In this document: positions 27,490-35,773 of the stretch, piece by piece
How the letters are laid out: each line of letters begins with the position of its first letter
Position numbering within the stretch: the first letter of the stretch is position 1
Source of the DNA: a virus
Taxonomy: Duplodnaviria; Caudoviricetes
DNA: 56,021 nucleotides
Direction: 5' to 3' (one strand)
Virus record (IMG/VR): IMGVR_UViG_3300017766_005490
Coordinates: 1-56,021 of that record
The notes under the pieces: generated by a model
Database searches by the model: none
What the model was told of the DNA's origin: nothing
What the model saw: only the letters and a program-made list of their open reading frames with translations
Made by a program: the position numbers and the translations under genes

Positions 27490-27534
27490 GGCTAGTATGC
27501 TAGACATTTTTAATAAAAATATCTAAAAACAACT

Positions 27535-27939
27535 TTAAACAATTTTTTTCTGTTTGCCAAGCAAAAAGCGTTTAGCCAATTCTGATCGTTTAATTGAGTA
27601 GTTTTTGGCAACTACAGGGTAATCATTGGGCAAGCCCCAGCGTTCCTTATATTCTTTCGGGGTTAAATTGTAAGTAGTTTTTAAATACCGTTTCAGAATT
27701 TGCAACTTTTTACCATCTTCCAAACAAACAATATAGTCATCTGTAACAGATTCCTCAATCGGAACAGCAGGAACACGCACAACTGATTTTGAAAATTCTT
27801 TTAGAAATTTTTGCTCATACTGGAAAAAAAACTCAAAAGTTTCTAAAACCTCAAAGCGGGTAGGGCTTTTTTGATGAAAGCACATTTCAGTCAACGACAG
27901 CGCAATATCTAGTGGATTAACCTTTTTTAAATCAGTCAC
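27535..27939 (-). CDS. mucR: Ros/MucR family transcriptional regulator
   Basis: PAVPIEESVTDDYIVCLEDGKKL..LKRYL...Y.LTP.EY..RWGLP.DYP.VA..YS..RS.LAK. Confidence 0.93.
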   Translation of the reverse strand: MTDLKKVNPLDIALSLTEMCFHQKSPTRFEVLETFEFFFQYEQKFLKEFSKSVVRVPAVPIEESVTDDYIVCLEDGKKLQILKRYLKTTYNLTPKEYKERWGLPNDYPVVAKNYSIKRSELAKRFLLGKQKKIV

Positions 27940-27948
27940 TTTATTTCC

Positions 27949-28380
27949 TTAAAATAAGTTATTATGTTCAAAAGTTTTATTTTCAGAATCAATTCTATTT
28001 AAAATCTTCCACATTTTAGAAAAACTGCTTGTGTTGTCGTAAAGATTATTAAAATGATGATCGTATGGGTAGAAGCTGACGTCATTGTGGTTTGCAAAAT
28101 TTTGAAGGACCAAAACGCCAGAGCTTTTTATAACAAAAATTGGGTCAATCGACGATGAAAAGTAATAATGTTTTCGTTTCCAAAAAATAAGCTTGTCTTG
28201 ACCAATATTAACCTTAACCCCATAATTTTTTAGGGGCAAAATTTTTGGCTGTCTCATAAATTTGCAAAAAAGTTGTTTTAAATCATCTTCTACTTTTGGC
28301 TTATCTGTTTCAAAAATAGGAAATTTAATTTCAACACCAAAAGCAATTGGCAGATTATACGTTAACGTTAAAATGTTCAT
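27949..28380 (-). CDS. Hypothetical protein
   Basis: ORF in the operon downstream of rep. Confidence 0.5.
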   Translation of the reverse strand: MNILTLTYNLPIAFGVEIKFPIFETDKPKVEDDLKQLFCKFMRQPKILPLKNYGVKVNIGQDKLIFWKRKHYYFSSSIDPIFVIKSSGVLVLQNFANHNDVSFYPYDHHFNNLYDNTSSFSKMWKILNRIDSENKTFEHNNLF

Positions 28381-28385
28381 AAAAA

Positions 28386-28736
28386 TTACTGCATAATAGA
28401 TTTTTTATGAGCTTCAAACATAACATATCCTTGCTCAAAATCTTGAAACAATTTTGGATCACTCAAAAGTTCTTTACGAAGTTCTTTTAACCAGAATTCT
28501 GGAACAAAAAAATTTTCATCAAAAAGGAATTGGGCAACCATTTCTGCAAAAAATTTCTCAATAGGCATTTCTAAAAGAGTTTTTTCAAAAGCTTCCATAG
28601 AAAATTTTCCATGGTTTTGGCTAATAGATTTGTGGACTAAAAATTGACCTATTATATCCTTTAAAAAAAGTAAACTATTGACAAGTTGTTTTGTAAACGC
28701 TTTTGTTTCTGGAGAATCTGGGGAAAATACAATCAA
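28386..28736 (-). CDS. Hypothetical protein, paralog of 29182..29526
   Basis: Shared E.K.F...SL..L.....K....N.G.F pattern. Confidence 0.55.
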   Translation of the reverse strand: MIVFSPDSPETKAFTKQLVNSLLFLKDIIGQFLVHKSISQNHGKFSMEAFEKTLLEMPIEKFFAEMVAQFLFDENFFVPEFWLKELRKELLSDPKLFQDFEQGYVMFEAHKKSIMQ

Positions 28737-28960
28737 TGGTTTTCTTCCTTTTTTGGGTTTAAAATTTTTGGGTTTAAAACATGCTCATGCTTTTTAAAAG
28801 TTTCAATCAAATCATTTAAACCTTTCCAATGTGTTTCAGCATCGTTTTTACTAGCGTGATCTTTAACAGCATTCAAAATTTCTTTCAAAATTTCTTGCTT
28901 AGGGGAACTAAACATTTCTTTAAGCTTATCAATACAAGCATCGTAAGTGTCATTAGTCAT
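28733..28960 (-). CDS. Hypothetical protein, paralog of 28986..29189
   Basis: MT.D.YDACIDK.K.MFSSP N-terminus. Confidence 0.6.
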   Translation of the reverse strand: MTNDTYDACIDKLKEMFSSPKQEILKEILNAVKDHASKNDAETHWKGLNDLIETFKKHEHVLNPKILNPKKEENH

Positions 28961-28985
28961 CTATAACGTCTTCACTTTCCTGATT

Positions 28986-29189
28986 TCATGGGTTTAAAAA
29001 TATTTCAAAATATTTAGCGGATCCCTCGTATTCTTCACATATTTTAATAAACTTACGCAAACGTTCATTATGAGTATCAGGGTTTTTAATGGCGTCCTCT
29101 TCAAAAACCTTCAAAATTTCTTCTCGCCTGGGGGAACTAAACATTTTTTTGATCTTATCAATACAAGCATCGTAATTGTCATCAGTCAT
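28986..29189 (-). CDS. Hypothetical protein (tandem duplicate)
   Basis: DNA repeat 28902-28983 versus 29131-29212. Confidence 0.6.
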   Translation of the reverse strand: MTDDNYDACIDKIKKMFSSPRREEILKVFEEDAIKNPDTHNERLRKFIKICEEYEGSAKYFEIFLNP

Positions 29190-29526
29190 TTATAACGTCT
29201 TCACTTTCCTGAATTTTTTTCTCAAGAATTTTTAGGTTTTGTTCACTCTGATTAATTAGCGTCATAATATTGCGGCAAACAGCTTTAGGATCAAAGATTT
29301 CACAATCGCCTAACAAATTTGTAACCATATCTTTAAAATGAGCTTCTATATTTTTTTCAGTAAAAATTTTATGTAAAATTTGTTCATCAAACCTGCCGTC
29401 ATTTGTAAATAAAGTTTTTTGGATAAAATAATTGGCAAATAAATTTTCAAGAACGCTAAGACTAGCCTTGCAAATTTTGGAAAACTTTTTTTCTTCAGTT
29501 TCTTTAATCATAGACACTCTTTCCAC
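29182..29526 (-). CDS. Hypothetical protein
   Basis: Coupled to the rep-like gene. Confidence 0.55.
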   Translation of the reverse strand: MERVSMIKETEEKKFSKICKASLSVLENLFANYFIQKTLFTNDGRFDEQILHKIFTEKNIEAHFKDMVTNLLGDCEIFDPKAVCRNIMTLINQSEQNLKILEKKIQESEDVIND

Positions 29527-30695
29527 AAATAAACCCCATATTTTTCATAAAGATTTTTATGTTTTTTAATCAAACTATACGCGTGTTCATCAAAAGTCAA
29601 TATCGTTATACCTGTTTCTGGGCAATCATCATCAAATATTCGAGATTTCCACGGCTCTAAATTTCTGTTAAAAAAGCATAAACCATATTTTTTAAGCCAG
29701 ACTGCCCCAATCTTGTCAATATCGCTAATTTTTTTTACCACCTCCCTATATTCGTCTGGCACGTCAGATAAATCAAGAGGCTTTTCAGATTGAACCGTTT
29801 CAGAAAAAGGATTTTTAAACGTATTTATGACTTTTTCGGGCAAAACAGAAAGTGGAATGGGGGGTGGCGATTTTTTATGCAAGTAAATACCAATTTTATT
29901 AAAAATTGCCGAAAATCGCAGAAAAGCTTCTTTTTGGCCATCATCCTTGTAAATAAGAGTTAAACCTTTATCTGGGGACGGCTCCAAGAAATCACAATTT
30001 TGCCACCGCTCTTGGTCTTTGTTGTAAAAAACAATTTCCATATTTTTATGCTCTTGAGCCAGGGAGACGGACAAGTCCACAAGCTTTTTAAGAATATCCC
30101 GTTCCGTTTTAGGCCGATCTGTTTTGTCAATCTCAACTTTGCATGCGTATTTAGGGTTTTTCATTTTTTGTTCAAAGGTTTTAAACGGCGGCGCTGCGGG
30201 CAACGGTTTTGAGGGGTCGTAAGCCATATTTTTAAAATTCTCCAAATAAGTAGACGCTTTCAAAAAAGCTCCACGGGCACTTTCGGCCACATTTTTAACA
30301 AAAACTTGAGCTGCCTCACAAACGGCTTCGGCCGCCTGCTCCACTGCCTCCCCCAAGCCGCGCAAGACGTTTAAAGCTTTTTTCACAATATCTTCATCAA
30401 TGCGAAGAAAACGTCTGGGGCCACGGCGGATAACGTCAATAAAATTAAGCTCTTGCAGCTCTTTTAAGCATCGCTTTGTGTACTTTATACAGCGATTTTC
30501 ACGGGTAAAGCGCGAGTGCTTTGTGATCAGGTCGTGGCTATACCACACGTAAGTGTGGCCATTTTCTTGAATGTATTTCAAATAGGGATTCTTTTTGTCG
30601 AGAGCCGTTCGCAAAACGCTTAAAAGTGCCGCTTTCACGTGAGATCGGGGGCAAAGCTCCACAAAATCGCCATATATTTTTTGAAATGTTTTCAC
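29508..30695 (-). CDS. Putative replication initiator (N-terminal winged HTH)
   Basis: WYSHD.I...KRCLKELQELNFI...R wHTH pattern; GTG start; next to a long repeat-rich intergenic region. Confidence 0.5.
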   Translation of the reverse strand: MKTFQKIYGDFVELCPRSHVKAALLSVLRTALDKKNPYLKYIQENGHTYVWYSHDLITKHSRFTRENRCIKYTKRCLKELQELNFIDVIRRGPRRFLRIDEDIVKKALNVLRGLGEAVEQAAEAVCEAAQVFVKNVAESARGAFLKASTYLENFKNMAYDPSKPLPAAPPFKTFEQKMKNPKYACKVEIDKTDRPKTERDILKKLVDLSVSLAQEHKNMEIVFYNKDQERWQNCDFLEPSPDKGLTLIYKDDGQKEAFLRFSAIFNKIGIYLHKKSPPPIPLSVLPEKVINTFKNPFSETVQSEKPLDLSDVPDEYREVVKKISDIDKIGAVWLKKYGLCFFNRNLEPWKSRIFDDDCPETGITILTFDEHAYSLIKKHKNLYEKYGVYLWKECL

Positions 30696-30917
30696 GCAAA
30701 CACCCCCGAAACCTTAACAAAAAATTCACAAACTAATGCAAATTTAATATTATCAGAGAATTGATGGCGTTTGTATACGTAATTTTTTTGTATTTTTGTT
30801 TTTTTTATTTGCTTGGCTCCCTTCAAAAGTTAGAAAAACCAAGGCAAGCGTTGAGTTGTGCCAGCTCGTTAATTTTTCATTAAAATTTTATTTAGTTCCT
30901 ATACAGAACGTTCTTTA

Positions 30918-30946
30918 ATCGTAAGATGGGTTTTTTTTTTTTGCAA
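30918..30946 (-). promoter_or_regulatory. Putative promoter of the rep operon
   Basis: TTGCAA-17bp-TACGAT on the minus strand. Confidence 0.5.
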
Positions 30947-30964
30947 GAGAAAAATTTAAAAAAG

Positions 30965-31037
30965 ATAAAAAAAATCCCCTAAAAGATTTAAACCTTTTAG
31001 GGGATTTTGTGTAAAGCCAAAGGGCTAGCACAACTCA
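30965..31037 (-). ncRNA. Candidate 70-nt sRNA complementary to the rep leader
   Basis: 5' UGAGUUGUGCUAGCCC pairs with the minus-strand RNA of 30852-30867; ends in a 15-bp-arm hairpin (30971-31008) plus U-run. Confidence 0.5.
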
Positions 31038-31177
31038 GTTATTAATATCTCAAATTTTAAACTTGTATGCAAGCTTTTTTTAACATTTTTTTCAAAAAAA
31101 TTATTACGTATACAAGCAAACAGAAATTTATTAAAATTCTTTTAAAGAGCATTTTTTAACACAAAAGGTTTAATAAA

Positions 31178-31453
31178 TTGGAAGATAATTCCCCTTTAGA
31201 AAAAATTTACATAAAAAATAATAAAAATGGTTATTTGACCGCTTTTCCAGGCGAAGGAACAACGCGGGAAATTTTGTTAAAAATAATTATTGGCTTGACC
31301 TTAGCAAGCGATTTTGACCGAAACGATCTTGAAGATATTATTTATGATAAGTCTGGTATTTCTGTGTGTCAAAATACAATTAATAAAATATTAGACGAAG
31401 CTTTTCAATATATACCAGAAACTTATTATAAAAAATTAATATTAAAGTTTTAA
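31178..31453 (+). CDS. Small putative winged-helix protein
   Basis: L.D.I.DKSGISVCQNTINKIL helix-turn-helix-like pattern; start uncertain. Confidence 0.4.
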   Translation: MEDNSPLEKIYIKNNKNGYLTAFPGEGTTREILLKIIIGLTLASDFDRNDLEDIIYDKSGISVCQNTINKILDEAFQYIPETYYKKLILKF

Positions 31454-31469
31454 AAACCCCTCAGAAAAA

Positions 31470-31905
31470 AATAAATAGCGGCTAAAGCGGCTAATTCGCT
31501 ATTTTTGAGAAAACTGTATTTTTGTATTCCAACTTTTTTTTAAAAATTCTTTATCACGCCTCACGCAAAACAAGAACATTGATCTAAAGCGCTTACGGCT
31601 GCTTAAGCGCTCTTTGATTTAATTCTAATTTAAATCTTATCTATAAATCATGTGGAATATCCCCCCGATGATTTGCACCGTATCCCCCCGATGATTGTGT
31701 ACACGTATTGGTTGATTTTAGGGCTTAAGTGGGTGTTTCTGTTTTAGAAATAACCAGTTAATAAGCAACTGTCTGGAAATTCCAGACAGTTGCAATTTTA
31801 AAAACATGTTTTTTACTCAGTTAATTAAGTAATTTTGTTCAATTGGCCCTATCACACACTGACAATGCCGACAGTGTGTCCAGTGTGTCGGCATTGTCAG
31901 TGCAT
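31470..31905. repeat. Putative replication origin: iteron-like direct repeats and palindromes
   Basis: TATCCCCCCGATGATT at 31658 and 31681; 29-bp palindrome 31765-31793; 17-bp inverted repeat 31857-31902; AGCGGCTAA twice. Confidence 0.5.
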
Positions 31906-32011
31906 AATTTTAGTGCGCGAACTAGTTAACGTATCTTTTTAAAATTTTCATTTTGTGCATGGTCAAAAATTGGGGTAAGGTTTTTATAAAGTTTTTTAAC
32001 AAAAGTGTTTT

Positions 32012-33211
32012 ATGAATCTGGATAAGCATTTAGATTATTTTAAGGAAAATTTTTCGTATAACGTAAATGAAACGTCTGACAGCTTTTCATTAAATCGCGT
32101 AGATTCTTCAATTGACCAATGGCACGGGGACGTTCTTGTTAAAATTGATAATTATGTCATCAATTTTTCAGAACTAACAAACGGTGAAATTGATTTGTTA
32201 AAAGAAAAAGCACGTTTATCAGTTTGTGGAAAAGGTGAAAAAACCGTTTTTGACCTAGAAATTCGTAAATCGTTTTCTTTAAATTTATCGTCATCTGCAA
32301 AAACAAATATTGAAAATCATTTTAAAGATAAATCAAAAAAATTAGTAAATACTTTGGAAATTGAAGAAAATTTTACGCTTGAATTGCATGATCTTGTTAT
32401 TTTTGAAAAAGGTGGGTTTTTTAAACCCCATCGAGATTCTGAAAAAAATCCTCAAATGGTTGCCACACTCGTTGCTGTGTGCCCAACAGAATGCGAGGGC
32501 GGAAGTTTTGTTGTTAATGGCAAAGAAGATTTTCAAAAAAATTCGTTAATTATTTTTTACCCAGATTGTTTGCATGAAGTCAAAGAAGTTTTGGAAGGTA
32601 ACAAAGTTTTATTTGTTTTTAATGTAATTGGTAAATATAAAAAAGTTTGTATTGATAAAAATGTTTTGGATATTTTTTCAAAAAATATCCATTTGAAAGA
32701 CGTTAGCAATTACCGTTATGATAATAGAGAAATCGATCTCGGAATAGCTTCTACTCCTAATTATTTTTTTTTAAAGCACTTATATACCCAACCAAGTTTG
32801 CAGTGGCATAGTTTAAAAGGGGAAGATGCCGTAAATGTTGCTTTTTTAAAACACGCGGCCCAGCAACAATATTGTAATTATTATTTATCTCTTTTAATTG
32901 TTAATGCTGAATATGAATACGATGATGATCCCAACAATGATTTTCGCCCATGCCTTTTTCCGTCAAATAAAAAAATTTCTGTTAATACGTTATGTTGGAT
33001 CGACAGAAATAATAACAAATTGTTCGATATGCCAAATAATGTTGTGCCACTTCAAAAAGTTTGGGGAAATTGCAAAGACTTTGAAGTTATAAAATCGTCT
33101 GATGATTTCCCACCTGGTTTAATTTATAAATTTGAAGACGTAATAGGTAATTGGGGCTTGAAGCGCGAATTATGGTATCACAAAGCTGCTTTTGTTTGGG
33201 TGACAAAATAA
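32012..33211 (+). CDS. 2OG-Fe(II) oxygenase superfamily protein
   Basis: FFKPHRDSEK (HxD), EGG and FYPDCLHEV.EV..G motifs. Confidence 0.85.
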   Translation: MNLDKHLDYFKENFSYNVNETSDSFSLNRVDSSIDQWHGDVLVKIDNYVINFSELTNGEIDLLKEKARLSVCGKGEKTVFDLEIRKSFSLNLSSSAKTNIENHFKDKSKKLVNTLEIEENFTLELHDLVIFEKGGFFKPHRDSEKNPQMVATLVAVCPTECEGGSFVVNGKEDFQKNSLIIFYPDCLHEVKEVLEGNKVLFVFNVIGKYKKVCIDKNVLDIFSKNIHLKDVSNYRYDNREIDLGIASTPNYFFLKHLYTQPSLQWHSLKGEDAVNVAFLKHAAQQQYCNYYLSLLIVNAEYEYDDDPNNDFRPCLFPSNKKISVNTLCWIDRNNNKLFDMPNNVVPLQKVWGNCKDFEVIKSSDDFPPGLIYKFEDVIGNWGLKRELWYHKAAFVWVTK

Positions 33212-33300
33212 CTAATCATTTTTGTTTTGGAAATAATTCATAAAAACAAATATCCAAAATTATTTTTAACAATTCTGGATAATTTGTAGAACGTATTAAA

Positions 33301-33347
33301 AAAAACTCCTACCAAGAAACTAAAAAAACTTGATAGGAGATTTTTTA
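33301..33347. terminator. Bidirectional-type hairpin
   Basis: CTCCTACCAAG/CTTGATAGGAG flanked by A- and T-runs. Confidence 0.5.
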
Positions 33348-33707
33348 AAAAGGATACTGCTTATAAACAAAAAATAACAACCTATATTACTTACAAAAAA
33401 GGATTTTTTGGAAAAACAGAACCAATGGTATTTTTCCAAAAAAAGTTTTTTTTGTCAATAAAAAAATTTGGCAATAAATTATTATGTTTTTTAGCAAGTG
33501 TAAAAACTAAATCACCACTTGCCAAACTGACAATTTAACAAGTGGTGAAAGCTTTGATCTTACTTTTAAAGAAAGTAGGTGATATTTATGCCACCACCTT
33601 GATCAATTTTTGCTTTTAACTTTTTTATTACAAATTACAAAAATAAAAATTTAAGAAGCGTTTACTATTGTATCAAAATAAAAATTCCTGTCAACTTATT
33701 TCATTTG

Positions 33708-34895
33708 TTAATTATTAAAACACCCATAATAATTCACATAAGGAAGAGCGTTATAATGCCCTGCTAGATAACACCGTTCTATGTCTTCGTCATCTTTGAT
33801 ATCAAAATCAGTTAAAGGATACAAAACGCTTGAGAATTGGTCATTTTTTTGAATAAACCATATGTTGTCAGGATTGATATACATTGAAGACATCAAATTA
33901 GTATTGTTGCATGTAGCTAAAATCTGTGCACCTTTTTTATTTATATCTGGGTCTTTAAACAAAAAAAATAAATACTCTAAAACTTTTGGGTGTATACTTT
34001 GGTCGATTTCATCTAAAAGAAAAACACCGCCATTATTAAGAGCGTTGATAATAAAACTTATATATCTTGATAATAAACAAAATCCTTTAGAAAGTTGGTA
34101 CGGTTCTTGGTAATACTCTAAAAGCTGATTATCCATTACATAATTTTCGCAATTTTCGCATGGTTCACCTAAAGCTTTTAAAAGTTTTGAAAAACTTTTA
34201 GGTAAATCGCCATGTTTTATATTATCCAAAATTTTGAGGGAAATATATGAATTTTCACTAAAAAACGGGTTGTTAAAATTTTCCAAGTACTCATAAATTT
34301 TATCAAAGTAAAAACATTTTAAATCAAATTTAGCAAGATATAAAAACAAAAATTTTTCTTTAAAAGGAAGTTTAAAAGTTTCGGGATGTTCTGAACAAGA
34401 ATTTAAAATTAAAGGAGTTAAAAACCATTCATGACCTTGTTCTGGTTTTAAACTGTTTTTTAACTTTCTTGAAAAAATTAATTCACCGTCGCAAAACAAA
34501 ATTTCTTCAAAAATTGTATCAGCATTGTAAGAGAAAGAATATTCGTACAATCTATTTTCAATAAACAAAACTATTTTAAAAATAGTAGGCTTATTTTTTG
34601 AACAATCATCTAGTAAAAAAGGGTGATAAACACTTTTTAACAAATTAAACTGAGAAAAAGTTTGGGTCAAAATTATTTTTAAAACATACAAACTTTCAAC
34701 AAAAATGCTTTTTCCGCTAGCATTGGGCCCATACACCACAATTGAACGGACTAAATTTGGAACATCCACATCCTCTGTTTTTATAGTAGATTTACTATTG
34801 GGGCTTTCTTGATCTTTTCCGTCACAAACAGCAAAGTTTAAAATAGCTTTGTCACGAAAAGACCGATAATTTTCTACAGAAAACTCAACAATCAT
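33708..34895 (-). CDS. AAA_21/AbiEii(RloA)-like ABC ATPase (start MIVEFSVENYRSF)
   Basis: Walker A YGPNASGKS, LSKG signature, LLDEID..IHP, AQIL, IWF..K and Y..G.Y.A.P motifs; AAGGA RBS before ATG 34895. Confidence 0.85.
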   Translation of the reverse strand: MIVEFSVENYRSFRDKAILNFAVCDGKDQESPNSKSTIKTEDVDVPNLVRSIVVYGPNASGKSIFVESLYVLKIILTQTFSQFNLLKSVYHPFLLDDCSKNKPTIFKIVLFIENRLYEYSFSYNADTIFEEILFCDGELIFSRKLKNSLKPEQGHEWFLTPLILNSCSEHPETFKLPFKEKFLFLYLAKFDLKCFYFDKIYEYLENFNNPFFSENSYISLKILDNIKHGDLPKSFSKLLKALGEPCENCENYVMDNQLLEYYQEPYQLSKGFCLLSRYISFIINALNNGGVFLLDEIDQSIHPKVLEYLFFLFKDPDINKKGAQILATCNNTNLMSSMYINPDNIWFIQKNDQFSSVLYPLTDFDIKDDEDIERCYLAGHYNALPYVNYYGCFNN

Positions 34896-35020
34896 AATTA
34901 ATCCTTTTTTAGAAATTTTAGCAATTTTAGCAGCTTTTTTACTTGCAGGGAAATTTTGCTTTTGGTTATACAAAAATTGCCTCAATAAAAAATCAACTGC
35001 AATATTATAATGCCCAACTA

Positions 35021-35155
35021 TACGGAAAACACTTGTTTTTCGCACACATGCGGTTACCCATTTAAAAAATCCTCAAAAAAGCCTAAAAAATGTACGAAAA
35101 ACTCTGTCGGTATGCTATAGTGTCTGTAAATGCAAAACAAAGGGTTTTTCGGATG
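35021..35155. other. Putative res site for the serine resolvase
   Basis: Imperfect dyads TACGGAAAAC-ACTT-GTTTTTCGCA, TGTACGAAAAAC and GGTTTTTCGGA upstream of the resolvase operon. Confidence 0.4.
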
Positions 35156-35773
35156 GATTTTGAAAAAATTATTGGCGTCGATGTGTTTTTAGAAAAATCT
35201 CAAAAACGGGCCCATGTAGGAATGTTAGAAAAAAGACAGGGACAATTTTGTTTTGAGTATACACCTGCTTACTTTAAGGCAAAAAAAAGTTTTCCCTTAG
35301 GGCCAGAATTTCCACTTACCCGCAAAACATTTTTTTCAAAAAAATTATTTCCAAGCTTTACTGACCGTTTGCCAGACCCAGAAAACCCAGCCTATTCAGA
35401 TTATTGTGCAGCAGTTGGTATTTCAATAACAACCACCGATCCCTTCATTCTTTTAACAACTATTGGAAAACGTGGGCCATCTTCGTTTATTTTTGAACCC
35501 ATTTATGACAATACATTTACTTTTGAAGATTACAAAAAATTTCAAAAATACTTGGGTTTATCTACGCAAGAATTTTCACGTTTTTTTGATATATCGATGT
35601 CATCTTTACCAAAAATAAAAGCTGGGCAAACAAGCGGAAAAGAAATTCTTAAACGGATTGAACTTTACAAAAAAATTCCCCAAACCTTAAAATTTTTTAT
35701 TAAAAAAAATTCCAAATACATTCATCCAAAAAAAATAGAAAATTTGATAAAAAAAATGAGCATTAAATGTTAG
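35153..35773 (+). CDS. HipA N-terminal (HipS-like) domain plus HTH protein
   Basis: VG.L......F.FEY...Y, LGPE.PL, LFPSF.DRLP..ENP motifs and a C-terminal LGLS..EF..FF HTH; likely start MDFEK. Confidence 0.75.
   Translation: MDFEKIIGVDVFLEKSQKRAHVGMLEKRQGQFCFEYTPAYFKAKKSFPLGPEFPLTRKTFFSKKLFPSFTDRLPDPENPAYSDYCAAVGISITTTDPFILLTTIGKRGPSSFIFEPIYDNTFTFEDYKKFQKYLGLSTQEFSRFFDISMSSLPKIKAGQTSGKEILKRIELYKKIPQTLKFFIKKNSKYIHPKKIENLIKKMSIKC

Noticed and set aside
31765-31793. Protelomerase (telRL) site of a linear phage-plasmid
   Set aside because: No protelomerase or tyrosine-recombinase-like ORF recognised, and the palindrome has an unpaired central base
33708-35152. N-terminal extensions of the AAA (to 35045) and HipA-N (from 35090) ORFs given in the ORF track
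   Set aside because: Family-typical starts lie at 34895 (with an RBS) and 35153; the interval looks like promoter/res DNA
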